DNA of 45,797 bases from an uncultured bacterium (GCA_963744715.1 CAVUUR010000003.1:1-45797); one strand, 5' to 3'; positions 1 to 11,789 are shown, counted from the first letter of the stretch. Notes: generated from the letters alone by a model not told the origin. Program-made: numbers and translations.

Positions 1-388
1 AGCAACATTTTAACATAATGGTTATGTACTTACTAGCTTTCCATCAGCAACGTTTGCCTTTCGGGTGATGCTGGTGCTCTTCAAACAAAATGGATTTATC
101 CTTGCGGCGGGAACAACAATAACTCCCCCTAGTACTAACGATGTTATATCTCTTGCTCGTTATCAAAATTCAAATTCGTTGCTACCAACAATACTTGTTT
201 TATCGGGGAACACTCTTTCGGGTACAGCACAACCCAAGGGCCTCGTTGAAACTTTTCAAGGCACTACGCCAATCTGTACAACTGATAGATATAACTGGCC
301 CATGGACTTGCTCTGGCGCGGTATCAACGTCATTACCATCAATTTGCTCACTGTCAGCAGTAGCTTCATTATGTTGGCGGTTATGTGA
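1..388 (+). CDS. 3' end of a delta-60-repeat / Ig-like surface protein (partial, frameshifted)
   Basis: Joining frames gives F-NHNGYVLTSF...GDAGALQ-NGFILAAG...SLARY, which is the delta-60 repeat pattern. It is followed by LSGTAQPKGLVETFQG, resembling a bacterial Ig-like strand. The 5' part lies outside the window. Confidence 0.45.
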
Positions 389-658
389 ACATTGCTAGTA
401 CAACAGTATATTCGCCCATAAGCTTTGCTATATATCAAATATATTGTCTTGGTATTTAACATACTTTAGTTTTCTATTATTAGATAAAGATATCAAAAAA
501 GTAGTAGTAGATATAAAAATATCTCTCTCTTTTTTGTAATTGAAGCTTATTTTCTAAGATACTCAGATGTTACCGAGTAGCATATTATTGAAAAAATATT
601 TTATGATAAGTACACGTCATTTTTGATTGCTAAGTTTTTACTTTGTGTGAAGGATGTT

Positions 659-1909
659 ATGAAAATAACAAACATTAAAGGTAGAGAAATTTTTGATTCT
701 CGTGGTTTTCCTACACTTGAATGTAATGTATTTTTGGAACATGGTATATCGATATCAGCATCAATACCTTCAGGTCTTTCAAAAGGTTCTTATGAAGCAT
801 ATGAATTACGTGATGGTGGCAAGCATTTAGAGGGTAGAGGTGTCTTAAAAGCTATTGAACAATTGGAGACTGTTATTGCTCCCGTATTACGTAATAGAGA
901 ACCTAATATTATTGAAATGGATCAAGAAATAATTGAGTTAGATGGCACCGATAATAAAAGTAAATTAGGTGCAAATACAATGCTGGCAGTAAGTATTGCA
1001 CTTATTCGAGCACAGGCATTTATTGAGCAATGTGAGTTGTATGAATTTATTGCACAACTATGTGGAGCGCAAACGGTTACGCTTCCATTTCCTATATTGA
1101 ATATGATCAGTGGTGGCTCGCATGCACGTAATAATATGCGTATTCAAGAATTTCTTATTGTTCCCATTGGGGCAAATAATTTTCGTCAGGCGATGGAACA
1201 AGGTGTTATTTTTTTTCATACCTAAAACGGTTTCTCTTCAAAAAGAAAATGGTAGTATCTTCACTGCCGATGAAGGAAGTTTTGCACCAAATTTTTCTGA
1301 TGATATGAAGGCACTTGATGTGCTGATGGAAGTTATAGAAGCACTAAGTCCTGATTATAACTACAAACTAGCCCTGGATGTTGCAGCATCACAATTTTTT
1401 AATGAAGCTACCCATCGCTACGATTCGCATGGAACTATGTAGAAACGAATCAATTAATAGAATGGTATGCAGATCTTATTAATAATTATCCTATTTATTC
1501 GTTAGAGGATCCGCTGAGCGAAAATGATTGGGAAGGATGGTCTGCATTAATGGAATTGATAGGGCAAGAGGTGCAATTAATAGGAGACGATCTTTTTGCT
1601 ACTGATCCAATACGTATATGGCATGGCATAGAATTAAATGCTGCAAATTCTGCATTAATAAAACCTAATCAAATTGGTACGATAACTGAAACATTGCAAG
1701 CTATTCAGTTATGTCAGCAATATGGATTGAATACTGTAATCTCACATAGATCAGGCGAAACTAATGATACCTTTATTGCTGATCTTGCGGTAGGCGTCAG
1801 CGCGGGACAAATCAAAGCGGGATCATGTTGTCATGGTGAGCGGTTAGCGAAATATAATCGATTACTCAATATTGAAGATCAATTAGCTTTCTCTTTGATT
1901 AACGTTTAA
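659..1909 (+). CDS. eno: Enolase, split over three ORFs by about two frameshifts (~1222, ~1440)
   Basis: Motifs [70 protein letters not shown] occur in order. AAGGA RBS lies before ATG 659. Confidence 0.9.
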
Positions 1910-4333
1910 TAAAGGATTTTCTTCATTCATAACCAATTGCCGAATATTTTCTGCATCAGTGGATGATTGATCATCATAAGCTAAAGCCTTTCTTATATTT
2001 GGCCGGACAGCATTGAAATAATAATCAGTTTTTTCATCCTCTTTATGTTCTGCATAATGTCTGTAATCTTTAATGACATCGTATCCAAAATTCGGTTGAG
2101 GCTTAAAGAACCAACGCGTTATTGGATCGCGCAAATTTTCAAAATTAAGATGATCATCCAAATCCCCTTGTGCGTAATCTAATTTTTTCTCGGTATAGCA
2201 GTCGGTACCACCTTGCAGACGCGGTTCAATGATCGTTGGGCAAATTAAAATCATGAGATTATTTTTAATTACAACTTTTTGTTCCCCCTTAAAGAGCCAC
2301 CCTATAATAGGAATGCTACCCAATAGTGGGACTTGCGATACGGTAATACTGTTATTGTGTCTCGTTAATCCTCCGATTGCTAATATTTGACCATTACCAA
2401 CGTTGGCACTGGTTTGTACGACACGGGTATTTCTATTATTACTGGTGTTGCTGTCAAATTGATTTAAATTAACCGTAATTTGTAAATTAACGTTATTAGT
2501 CAAACTAATATGGGGTAAAATATCAACGGTTAAGCCGGCAACAACCGTTTCAAATTTAATACCGACAGCAGTATTACTGGTATCAGCATCACCCGGCAAC
2601 AATCGCTCTTCTTGGATTGTCAGTGTTGTTTGTTGATGGTTTGCCGTTACGACAAAAGGCTGTGCGAGAATTGTGGTATTAATAAATTGATTTAAAATTT
2701 GAAATAATCCCCACACGCCAGTAACGCCATCATTTATTGAAACCAGGAAAGAACCGGGCGTTGTATTATTAGCAAGGTTAGTTACACCATCAGGAAAAAA
2801 TTGTAAAAGATTTGCCATAAGGCCATTAGGCGTAAAGCCAACTATTGGGTTGCCAAATTGGTCAGCAGCATTGGTTCCCGTTCTTATTATCGGCTGCCCT
2901 ATATTTGCCACTTGGAAATCAACATGTGGTGATAAACTATCTTTCATTCCTGTTTTATCTCTAATTTGGCTAGCAACTGTTTTATCTTTTTCTGCTGTTA
3001 GATCCACAATAAGAACTTCTAAGGCAACTTGAGGTTGTGGTTTATCCAAATCTTCAATAAGTTTTTTAATACGAAGCCAATCTTTTTTACGCGCAGCAAC
3101 AATGAGCCTATTGCCACCAAGTTGTGTTCCTTCAGAAATAGGTTGTGCACTACCGGTTGGCGTTCCGCCTGGTTGCGTTGGCTGGATAAGTTCTGTTCTT
3201 CTGGTCAATTCTGCTTGTACAATAACATCTTTAAAATATTGTTGAACATTACCCGCTACTTTACCAGTTGTTTGTGTTTGTTGTCCTAATCCAGGTGTAA
3301 CAATTTGTTGTAAAATAGGTGCAAATTGTTGTGCATTTAAATATTTTAATTCATATACATGCAAGATTGATTTGCCCGATTCTAACGGTCGATCAATATA
3401 TTTAACGATAAAATCTTTTACCGTGTCAATACCATGTGGCGTGCCCATGATAACCAAAGAGTTAGTGCGATCAAGCGCAAGAATCTTGGTATTTTTTGGG
3501 AAAAATAATGGTGACGATGATCCTTGGCCGGCTAATACAGCTTGGTTTGGCGTAAGTAGTTGTTTATTAAACAAATCATCAATTACTTGTGCTGATGCAT
3601 AGTAGAGTGGCAGAACCTCAATACTATCTCTAATGCCACCTTGATCAAGCTCGTGAATAATCTTCATAACACTTTTTATATTGACCGATTTATCGGTTAA
3701 TATAATGGCATTTGTTTTGATATCAATTTTAATATCAGCACTTGGTGATAACATATCTTTTAATAACAGAAGAATGTCATTACCGCTTACTTTGATACTT
3801 AAATTAGCAAGATAAAATATTGTTTTAATAACCTCTTGAGTAGCTGGTAATGATTCAAGCGGGGCATCAATAAATAATCTAAATGGTTCTCGCGCTAAAT
3901 TAGGCCCATCATTTTTTACTATAGAAAGCATGTTTCCAGCTTCAGGACGAATAGTATAATTAAGGAGAGCTATGATATTTAATAACCGACTCCATGCTTC
4001 ATCGACAGTAAATTTTTCCTTAAGTTGATACGTTACCTTTGCGGTTATAGCCTGTGCACCTTGTGGTAATATAATATTGAGCTGCTTTTCCCCGGCCAAT
4101 TCATTGATCAAATCGACCAAAGGTTTATTGGCTACATTAAAGGTAAAAGTTTTTTTCGTACGATTTTTTCGTTCTTGGCGTTTAGATAATTTTTTATTGT
4201 TATTTTGTACTGTGGTATTATTTTCTTCAGAAGTAATAACCGTATCCGGTTTATTACTATCATTGGCATCGGCGGCCTTGCATGTTGACATAAACATGCT
4301 AAAAAAAAGGAGTACAAAGAAGCTAGTATTCAT
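1883..4333 (-). CDS. gspD: Type II secretion secretin, copy 2
   Basis: Signal peptide, N0 and repeated N domains ([14 protein letters not shown]), [16 protein letters not shown], and the secretin motif IGGL...[15 protein letters not shown]...[10 protein letters not shown]. Confidence 0.9.
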   Translation of the reverse strand: MNTSFFVLLFFSMFMSTCKAADANDSNKPDTVITSEENNTTVQNNNKKLSKRQERKNRTKKTFTFNVANKPLVDLINELAGEKQLNIILPQGAQAITAKVTYQLKEKFTVDEAWSRLLNIIALLNYTIRPEAGNMLSIVKNDGPNLAREPFRLFIDAPLESLPATQEVIKTIFYLANLSIKVSGNDILLLLKDMLSPSADIKIDIKTNAIILTDKSVNIKSVMKIIHELDQGGIRDSIEVLPLYYASAQVIDDLFNKQLLTPNQAVLAGQGSSSPLFFPKNTKILALDRTNSLVIMGTPHGIDTVKDFIVKYIDRPLESGKSILHVYELKYLNAQQFAPILQQIVTPGLGQQTQTTGKVAGNVQQYFKDVIVQAELTRRTELIQPTQPGGTPTGSAQPISEGTQLGGNRLIVAARKKDWLRIKKLIEDLDKPQPQVALEVLIVDLTAEKDKTVASQIRDKTGMKDSLSPHVDFQVANIGQPIIRTGTNAADQFGNPIVGFTPNGLMANLLQFFPDGVTNLANNTTPGSFLVSINDGVTGVWGLFQILNQFINTTILAQPFVVTANHQQTTLTIQEERLLPGDADTSNTAVGIKFETVVAGLTVDILPHISLTNNVNLQITVNLNQFDSNTSNNRNTRVVQTSANVGNGQILAIGGLTRHNNSITVSQVPLLGSIPIIGWLFKGEQKVVIKNNLMILICPTIIEPRLQGGTDCYTEKKLDYAQGDLDDHLNFENLRDPITRWFFKPQPNFGYDVIKDYRHYAEHKEDEKTDYYFNAVRPNIRKALAYDDQSSTDAENIRQLVMNEENPLLNVNQRES

Positions 4334-4336
4334 GCG

Positions 4337-4906
4337 TTACTCCTCCAACACCGGGGTTTCTATTTTAGGTTCAATAGTAGCAATAAGAACATTAACATTA
4401 ATGGTAGGGCTGTGATTTGGTTTGTATATCTCAATTTCCTTTGTATAAATTCGTTCACTTTGTTCAATGGTATCTAATAATTCAGCCAGTTTTTGCATGG
4501 TAAGATTCGAGAAACTTGCATATAATTTTCGTTCGGTATATCCATTATCAAGATCTTCGGAAGAAGTTTCTGGTTCTCGTGTCTTGTTTTGCGCAATACC
4601 TAATTTTGTAACGGTAGTATTAAAATAACCGCCAATTACAAAATCTTTATCTTTTGATAATAATGCATCAACTTCTGCCTGTTGTTTTTTTACAATGTCA
4701 TAGCGTTCAAGCAGTTGTTTTAAATCACTGCGTTTATTATTAATAAATACAATTCTTTTCTTTAAGGTCGATACTTGGCTGTAATAACGATAAACAATAA
4801 TGCCAGCTATCGAGAAAAGAATTGCAAAATAGATAGCTACATATAATTTAAATTTTCTTTCATCAAGAGACTGCAGTTTTTCTTGGATTGTTGTTAATAT
4901 CTGCAT
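4337..4906 (-). CDS. GspM-like inner-membrane platform protein
   Basis: N-terminal LDER-K motif, single TM helix, coiled segment and a ferredoxin-like C-terminus (LTMQKLAELLDTIE). It lies directly after the GspL-like gene. Confidence 0.65.
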   Translation of the reverse strand: MQILTTIQEKLQSLDERKFKLYVAIYFAILFSIAGIIVYRYYSQVSTLKKRIVFINNKRSDLKQLLERYDIVKKQQAEVDALLSKDKDFVIGGYFNTTVTKLGIAQNKTREPETSSEDLDNGYTERKLYASFSNLTMQKLAELLDTIEQSERIYTKEIEIYKPNHSPTINVNVLIATIEPKIETPVLEE

Positions 4907-6522
4907 TATGCATGTTCCCCATTTTTCTTTAATAATAATTTTTCACTAAAGGTTAATTCTTGTAATGGTGGCACCGCTATAAATAAATTAGACTCACGCA
5001 ATTCTCGCTCTAGAATTTTTAATTCCTGAAACCCTTTAACTTCTCCCTCCAGCGTTATAGTGTTTGCAGTAATAATTAATTTTTTTAGGTTGAGACCTGT
5101 AGCTTTTTTATCAATGGAGGTGCTCAATTCTTGTAGCGCTTTAAGAAACGAAAAGCGACTTTGCCGTGAAAATGCAAACCATATTTCTTCCTCTTTGCTA
5201 ACCTTTTCCTGCGCATCATCAAGCGCTTGCGTTAAATTTTTAGCATCAGTTAGTTGCCGTTCTTGCAATGATACGATGATTTCACGTTCCATGCTCGTGA
5301 CAACGTGTTCAAATTTTTTTGTTTGCATAAAAGTATTAATACCTAAAACAATAAGAATGACCATGGTAAGCACTAGCGAGGTTAATAATTGCCAGTTCAT
5401 CACTGCTACCGATGAAGAGCGTAACTCTTTATCTGCCAGATTAAAGTCTTCTGTTTGAGGATTTTTAAAGGCAGTACTTAAGCTAATATAATGCGAATGT
5501 GGTATTCGTTGAATATTTTTTAATGATAAAACATGATACTTTAAAAGCTCATTACTATCAAATAAAAGACAGGGAATACCAAGAATTTCGGTCATACTCG
5601 TTGGTAATTGATTAATCTCAGCACCATTACCAAGTAAAAAAATTTCAGTAATGGTGTATTCTGTTCCTAATTGAGATATAAAAGATTGAAGTGTGAACTG
5701 AATTTCTTGAAAAAAGTTTATATAAGCTTTATGTGCAGCTTTTGTGTAATTGGGATTATCATTATTTTCAAGCCCAAATCGTATAACTTGTTCAAGTGCA
5801 TCCCCGTTAGGAATACTAAGTTCTTGCCCAATAATTTTTGCTACCTGCGCCGTGCCTTTGGACAGTGTGCGAATGAGCTTCAGTTGTCCATCAATAATAT
5901 ATGCGAGTGTTGTTGTGTAAAGGGAAATATCAATAAGTACAACACCATTTTTTTTCTGAGAATAGCTTGGGATTGCCTTATATAAACCATACACATCAAA
6001 CATATCAACCGTTACCGCCGTTGGCTTCAAACCAGCAGTTGTAAAATAATTGATTTGCTCAATAACGTAATTTTTCTGCACAGCAGCTACAAGAACCGTT
6101 GTCTGTTTTGCTTCCGGATTTTTTTTAGTAATAATAAAGTTTATAAAAGCATTAGCAAGGGAAAAAGGTAATAGTGGTTCTAATTCAAAATTTAATACCA
6201 ATTCAATGCTATCGCGATCGGTGAATGGTAGCGTTAATTCTTTGAACAAAGCAATTGAACTCGAAATTGATGTTCGTATTTCATCAACGTTATCTAATTG
6301 TGTAGATAATTTTTTGAGCGTATTACTTACTCTTTGTGCGTAAGGAATAGAGGCATCGGTATCGATTGGTTCTTGTAAAAATTTTTCTGCAACGATAGCA
6401 TTTCCGGAAAAAAAGAGCTGTGTGGCATATATATGGGTTTTATTAATATCAAAACCTACAATTCGTTTTGCCAAGAGATAATAAGAACCAATTTTTTCAG
6501 GAAGAAAAATATCTGCTATCAT
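4906..6522 (-). CDS. GspL / PilM-PilN-like protein
   Basis: Actin-like domain (IVGFDI, VLIDIS, IFLLGNGA), one TM helix and a PilN-like C-terminus (ITLEGEV). It is coupled to its neighbours by 1-4 nt overlaps. Confidence 0.75.
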   Translation of the reverse strand: MIADIFLPEKIGSYYLLAKRIVGFDINKTHIYATQLFFSGNAIVAEKFLQEPIDTDASIPYAQRVSNTLKKLSTQLDNVDEIRTSISSSIALFKELTLPFTDRDSIELVLNFELEPLLPFSLANAFINFIITKKNPEAKQTTVLVAAVQKNYVIEQINYFTTAGLKPTAVTVDMFDVYGLYKAIPSYSQKKNGVVLIDISLYTTTLAYIIDGQLKLIRTLSKGTAQVAKIIGQELSIPNGDALEQVIRFGLENNDNPNYTKAAHKAYINFFQEIQFTLQSFISQLGTEYTITEIFLLGNGAEINQLPTSMTEILGIPCLLFDSNELLKYHVLSLKNIQRIPHSHYISLSTAFKNPQTEDFNLADKELRSSSVAVMNWQLLTSLVLTMVILIVLGINTFMQTKKFEHVVTSMEREIIVSLQERQLTDAKNLTQALDDAQEKVSKEEEIWFAFSRQSRFSFLKALQELSTSIDKKATGLNLKKLIITANTITLEGEVKGFQELKILERELRESNLFIAVPPLQELTFSEKLLLKKNGEHA

Positions 6523-9146
6523 GCGGCAACCCCTGCCATTTTATCCGGTACGAATTCAGTTAATGAACGTTGTTGTTTTTTCATTCTTTTTGTTTTTATT
6601 ATTGGTTTTTCCTGCGCTATTAAGTCTGTTTTTGCACGTGGTTCTTCTTTAATAGTGTCAGGAATGTTATCAGGTGGCGATGTTGATTCAGCGCCTTTCA
6701 CGGTAATTTCAGGATGCTGTATTACCTGATCGGGGTTACGTTGGCCGAAACTACAATACGTCACATCATCTTCCGGTATACAACTTGAATTGTTTTTGTA
6801 GAATACTGACTCACGTATATCATGATGTTCTGCTTGATATTTTTTATTAACAAAATTATCCACCTGTTCAACGTTTTCATTAGGATAATCTCTAAAAAAC
6901 CAACGATGAATAATATCCCGCTTTTCACTCTGGCAGCGCATTTCTTTCATTGTTTGTTTAGAAAATTCTGCCTTTTCACGTGAATAACCATCAAGACCGC
7001 CTTCAAGCTTCGGCTCAACGATGCGTGGCGAAATAAAGACTAATAAATTATCTTTTGATTTTATTTTGGTTTTATTTTTAAACAACCAACCAAAGATTGG
7101 AACATCTCCTAAAACGGGAACTTTGTTTGTTTGGTCAACTTCATTAGTTTGTAATAAGCCGCCCAATGCGAGTACTTGTTTATTACCAACGTTCGCGATA
7201 GTTTTAATGGTTTTTGTATTTTTCGTTGGACTTGTAGGATCAGTTGCACTTGTAAAAGCATCGATACTGATATTAATGGTAAGGTTAATATTCCCTTCAT
7301 TGTTAATCAAAGGGGTAATATTGACGGTTAAATTCGCCGAAATATCGCCAAAGGTATTTGATGTTAATTGTGATTGCACTTGTCCAGTCAGAACACGACG
7401 TGTTTCACCCATGGAAACTTGGGCAGTATAGTTATTGGTCGTTACTAAAAATGGATTCAAAATAAGGTCAGTATGAACGAGCGATTCCAATACTTTGAAA
7501 ATTCCCCATACACCATTTGCCATATCGGATATTGTTAATAACGCTGCACCAGGGCTTTGGTTCTGGGCTAACTGTATTAGATTAGCCACTAAACTGCCGG
7601 TAGTAGGATTAACAAGAGGGGATGCTGGAACACCGCCAAGTAATGGTAACCCCGAAGTTTGAAAATTAACGTTATCTGCATTACGAGGATTTTTATTGCG
7701 AAATTGTATACCCAGTTCACGATCATCATTTGAAAGAACGTTAACGATGAGCACCTCGATTGCTACTTGCGGTTGTTTTACATCCAATTGCTTAATCACT
7801 TCAAGAACTTTTAAATAATCTTCTTTTTCAGCATTGATAAGCAAGCGATTGCCCGATGGTTCAGCCTGAAAACTCATTGGTCTTAAATATTTATCACCAT
7901 CGCGTACGCCTCCACTTTGTGAGGCTGGTGACTCCGGAGCAAATTTAGTGACATTCGTTAAGATGGTGGCGATGTCCTCAGCTTTTGTGTATTGCAATTC
8001 ATAAATGTAGAGTGGGGAATAAGGAGTTTTTAATTCTGTATCCACGTAATTGATAATAAATTTTTCTATTTTATCAATACCTTCTTGAGTGCCTAGAATA
8101 ATGAGCGTATTAGTTCTACGTTCTGCAAACAATCGTAAATTATCAGGAAAATAAACTGATGTTGGTAATTTTTTTGTTCCTAATAATCGCGCTGCCAATC
8201 CTCTGGTATCTTCTGTTTTGGTTAAATTTTCGTAAAATGCTTTTACATCTTCAGCATCAGCATATTTTAGTTTTAGTACCGACATTACTTCGGGTAAACT
8301 AGATCCATCAAGTTCTTCCACCAGTTGCATGATAGAACGAATATTGAAGGATTTGTCGATAAGAATAAAAGCATTGAGGTCTTGCAATGATTTTAAAGAA
8401 GAGGTGGGGCTTCTGAATGCATCAACAAGACTTTGAATAGTGGCTAAACTACTATTTTTTACATAATACGCGTATCGAATTTTTTGTTCGTTATCCGGTA
8501 ATTCTTGCCAAGATACATTGATAAATGATGGCAATGGCGATCTGTTTGCCGAACGTGGCGCATTAGGATCTGTCGAGACTACTTTATAAAAATTGGACAT
8601 TGAACCTTGCACAAGGCTTAAGCCAAAGACATCAAGAAACGTAAGAAAAAGATCCCATGTTTGTTTTTTGGTTAATGGACTGTGTGTTTTAAAAGTTATT
8701 TTTCCGGTAACGGACTTCCCACCCTGTGGCAATGGATTAATGGCATCATCCGTAAGAAAAGTAACGGCAAAAATATCGGAAACCCATAGTAATAAATTTT
8801 GTATATCGGTATTGTCAAAATTAATTTCGACCATGTCATTTTGATCATCAGTGGCGGTTACTGGCCGTATATTTCTTTCTTCGGTTACCGTTTTTGTTGA
8901 TAGAAAATCTTTGTCAGGAATTTTATTTTCATAATTTGATGATTCATCTTTTTGAAAATGATCCGAAGGATGCGGATGCGGCAAAGGTTCGGTTAAAAAC
9001 TTTTCATCAAAATCTAGAGTATCTTTTTCTGTGTTTGCCGCAAACGTTGGGTAAAATAGCAATGAAGCTATGCTCAGTAAAAGAAAAAAAACGCGTTTAC
9101 TATTCATAGAATTACCCATATTAGTCTGGTTGAACATTACGTACAA
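6519..9146 (-). CDS. gspD: Type II secretion secretin, copy 1 (start may be 9107)
   Basis: INFDNTDI N0 start, LKYADAEDV and RTNTLIILG N domains, LDVKQPQVAIEVLIV, and LGGLL...KVPVLGDVPIFGWLFK...LLVFISPRIV. Confidence 0.92.
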   Translation of the reverse strand: MYVMFNQTNMGNSMNSKRVFFLLLSIASLLFYPTFAANTEKDTLDFDEKFLTEPLPHPHPSDHFQKDESSNYENKIPDKDFLSTKTVTEERNIRPVTATDDQNDMVEINFDNTDIQNLLLWVSDIFAVTFLTDDAINPLPQGGKSVTGKITFKTHSPLTKKQTWDLFLTFLDVFGLSLVQGSMSNFYKVVSTDPNAPRSANRSPLPSFINVSWQELPDNEQKIRYAYYVKNSSLATIQSLVDAFRSPTSSLKSLQDLNAFILIDKSFNIRSIMQLVEELDGSSLPEVMSVLKLKYADAEDVKAFYENLTKTEDTRGLAARLLGTKKLPTSVYFPDNLRLFAERRTNTLIILGTQEGIDKIEKFIINYVDTELKTPYSPLYIYELQYTKAEDIATILTNVTKFAPESPASQSGGVRDGDKYLRPMSFQAEPSGNRLLINAEKEDYLKVLEVIKQLDVKQPQVAIEVLIVNVLSNDDRELGIQFRNKNPRNADNVNFQTSGLPLLGGVPASPLVNPTTGSLVANLIQLAQNQSPGAALLTISDMANGVWGIFKVLESLVHTDLILNPFLVTTNNYTAQVSMGETRRVLTGQVQSQLTSNTFGDISANLTVNITPLINNEGNINLTINISIDAFTSATDPTSPTKNTKTIKTIANVGNKQVLALGGLLQTNEVDQTNKVPVLGDVPIFGWLFKNKTKIKSKDNLLVFISPRIVEPKLEGGLDGYSREKAEFSKQTMKEMRCQSEKRDIIHRWFFRDYPNENVEQVDNFVNKKYQAEHHDIRESVFYKNNSSCIPEDDVTYCSFGQRNPDQVIQHPEITVKGAESTSPPDNIPDTIKEEPRAKTDLIAQEKPIIKTKRMKKQQRSLTEFVPDKMAGVAA

Positions 9147-10272
9147 GCATGTTTTTTGTACTGTTTATTTTTTTCCTATTAGTAATCATAGCTTGTTTTT
9201 CTTTTTTATGTAATTCATGCATTGTTGGCGCAAAATGATTTTTCTGTTGTGCCAATGCAACTTTTATTTCATTAATATCAGTTTCTGTAGGTTGAGCTTC
9301 TTGGGCAGGCTGCTCCGGTTGTTGTATGTTTACTACCGGCGCTTTTTGTGGTTGCTCTAATTTTTCTAATTGATAGGTAATAGTAAGTGGGGTGTTTTTT
9401 CGGCGTAATTTTACCGCAATGGTATCACCAATATTCATATCCATAATTGTTTTATAGATCTCAAATCGCGTTTGTGTTTCGGCTGCTGATATACCATTAA
9501 TTTGTTCAATAATATCACCGGGCATTAATCCTAGGGCAATACCAGGAGAGCCCGTTTGCATTTTCCCTACGCGGCATCCAATACTAAGCCCTCGTTGATA
9601 AACCGTAGTTAAATTAAGCATATCAATAAATTGTGCAAGATTTTTTACTCGTTCGATAAAGAGATCAGGGTCTATTTTGTACACATTATCAGAATCTTTT
9701 TGAATAATAGTACTCCAGTTATTGAGCGGTGATAATAATTGCTCCATTTCTGCATCATGAGGGTTGACATAGAGCGTTTCTTGCTGTCCATTAGAACGAA
9801 CTAGGAGAATTTTATTTTTGAAAATACGCATTAATTGGGCATCTTCAATTTTATCACCAATTTTATAATTTTTTGATAGTGCTTCTTTGGTATTTTCAAT
9901 AATGGCTATATCGAGTGATTCGTCATTGCCCACAATGATACCTTTTAAATTAATTTGTAATGGCTCCAAGAAATGTGGTGGCTGTCTAACGGGCAACCTT
10001 CCTTCTTCTGGTTTTGGTGGCTTTGGTACCGATTTAATAAGTTCTGCTTCTTGACCCGATGGTATCACTGGTGATTGATAGGTATCAAAAAGATCATTAG
10101 TGTAAATTTTACTTAAATCAATTTTAGGTAATTCTTTTTTCAGAGGTTTAACTTCGGAAGGTTCAAAGGAAACGCGTACAGGAATTTTTTGCTGAGCAAA
10201 AAAAATAAAAATAAGGACGATTATAAAAATTATGAGCAGCACACTATTTACAAGCCACCAAGGATGTTTCAT
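9121..10272 (-). CDS. gspC: GspC-like protein (TM, HR domain, PDZ domain)
   Basis: N-terminal TM, HR domain (LKGIIVG...AIIE...YKIGDKI...NGQQETL), PDZ signature LGLMPGDIIEQING. It sits immediately upstream of the secretin. Confidence 0.8.
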   Translation of the reverse strand: MKHPWWLVNSVLLIIFIIVLIFIFFAQQKIPVRVSFEPSEVKPLKKELPKIDLSKIYTNDLFDTYQSPVIPSGQEAELIKSVPKPPKPEEGRLPVRQPPHFLEPLQINLKGIIVGNDESLDIAIIENTKEALSKNYKIGDKIEDAQLMRIFKNKILLVRSNGQQETLYVNPHDAEMEQLLSPLNNWSTIIQKDSDNVYKIDPDLFIERVKNLAQFIDMLNLTTVYQRGLSIGCRVGKMQTGSPGIALGLMPGDIIEQINGISAAETQTRFEIYKTIMDMNIGDTIAVKLRRKNTPLTITYQLEKLEQPQKAPVVNIQQPEQPAQEAQPTETDINEIKVALAQQKNHFAPTMHELHKKEKQAMITNRKKINSTKNMLVRNVQPD

Positions 10273-10402
10273 AATGCCCCTTTTTTACGACTACCTTCAA
10301 ACAATACTCTTGCTCTCTTTGATTTGTCAAGCGGAATCTTTTTATCGATCTCTTGATACGTATGTAGAAATAAAAAATAGAGAAAATTTAACATCTTTTT
10401 TT

Positions 10403-11392
10403 CTACGGTGCCGGTATTGTTGTTAATATAGTTTTTACTACTTCATCAGGTTTGATCGCATCTGCTTCGGCTTCATAGGTTAATGAAATTCTATGGCGCA
10501 TAATGGCAGGAGCTACAAATTTTACATCATCAGGTATTACAAAATGTCTACCCTTTAGTAAAGCATATGCCTGACTAGCTGAATATAGCGCTAACGTTGC
10601 GCGCGGAGAGACTCCATAACTAATTAAAGAAGTTAAATTAGAAAGATTATATAATCCAGGTGTTCTCGTTGCAAATACAATATTAACAATATAATCAATA
10701 ATTTTTTCATCAATATATATTTTTTTCACAAGCTCTTGCGCTGCTAGGAGCTCATCTCTTGAAAAAATCTGTTTAATAGTATGCGATCGATTTGTTTTTA
10801 ATAAAATTTCACGTTCCTGATTCATGGTTAAATATTCAATAATTAATTTGAACATAAAACGATCAACTTGTGCTTCGGGAAGGCGATAGGTACCTTCTTG
10901 TTCAATTGGATTCTGTGTAGCAAAAACAATAAAAGGTTTTTCTAATGCAAACGTTTCAGATCCAATAGTAACTTGTTTTTCTTGCATCGCTTCAAGGAGC
11001 GCTGCTTGGACTTTTGCTGGGGTTCTATTAATTTCATCCGCGAGAATAAAATTGGCAAAAATAGGCCCTTTTTTAGTTTCAAACTCTTGAGTTTTTGGAT
11101 TAAAAATTAACGTTCCGATTAAATCAGCAGGTAATAAATCGGGAGTAAATTGAATTCTTTTAAAAAATAAACCGAGTGCCTGGCTAATAGTTTTTATGGT
11201 GGTTGTTTTTGCAACTCCTGGAACACCTTCAAGAAGTAGGTGGCCTTCGCACAGCAGGGCAATAATACTAAAATTAATTGCTTGCTCATTGCCGACAATA
11301 ACCGTACTAATTTCATTTTTTAATTGTTGAAAATGCAAAGAAGTTTCTTTAATCGAATCAATAACGTTACTTGAGAGCGATTCGGCTTCCAT
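10403..11392 (-). CDS. MoxR-family AAA+ ATPase
   Basis: GHLLLEGVPGVAKT, RIQFTPDLLPAD, LADEINR, ATQNPIEQEGTYRLPEAQVDRF, GVSPRA. Confidence 0.95.
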   Translation of the reverse strand: MEAESLSSNVIDSIKETSLHFQQLKNEISTVIVGNEQAINFSIIALLCEGHLLLEGVPGVAKTTTIKTISQALGLFFKRIQFTPDLLPADLIGTLIFNPKTQEFETKKGPIFANFILADEINRTPAKVQAALLEAMQEKQVTIGSETFALEKPFIVFATQNPIEQEGTYRLPEAQVDRFMFKLIIEYLTMNQEREILLKTNRSHTIKQIFSRDELLAAQELVKKIYIDEKIIDYIVNIVFATRTPGLYNLSNLTSLISYGVSPRATLALYSASQAYALLKGRHFVIPDDVKFVAPAIMRHRISLTYEAEADAIKPDEVVKTILTTIPAP

Positions 11393-11579
11393 ATAATTAC
11401 CTTATTATTATGTACATGATAATCATGAAGATAAAATTCAGAATAGATATCTAAAATATTTATGACAAGATATAGTTTAACAATCTTTATTGTAATTACA
11501 ATAATGGCTTATATTATTGCTTTTTTTTGTAAGGCTGTTCTATGCTCAATACTAGAAAAACTTAAAAAAGGAGACCCTT

Positions 11580-11789
11580 ATGAATTTCAATACTTATTAT
11601 CAACGTTCTATGTCATATTTTTCTAGGCATGTATTACTTGGCAACACGGCGCACGCTGCTGCTGGTTTTGGTTTAGCAATAGTTTTACAACATCATATTA
11701 TGGGTAATAGTTTCTTACCATTTTGGATCGGTTGGATTTGTATCATATTTTCTGTAATGGTACATGTGCTTTCAGTTATTAAAAAATAA
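11580..11789 (+). CDS. Small two-TM membrane protein
   Basis: AAGGAG RBS, 69 aa, two hydrophobic segments, first gene of a co-directional run. Confidence 0.65.
   Translation: MNFNTYYQRSMSYFSRHVLLGNTAHAAAGFGLAIVLQHHIMGNSFLPFWIGWICIIFSVMVHVLSVIKK

Noticed and set aside
2850..9109. Short antisense or alternate-frame ORFs within the T2SS genes (and similar ones within other long genes)
   Set aside because: They are shadows of well-supported genes and have no motifs or RBS.
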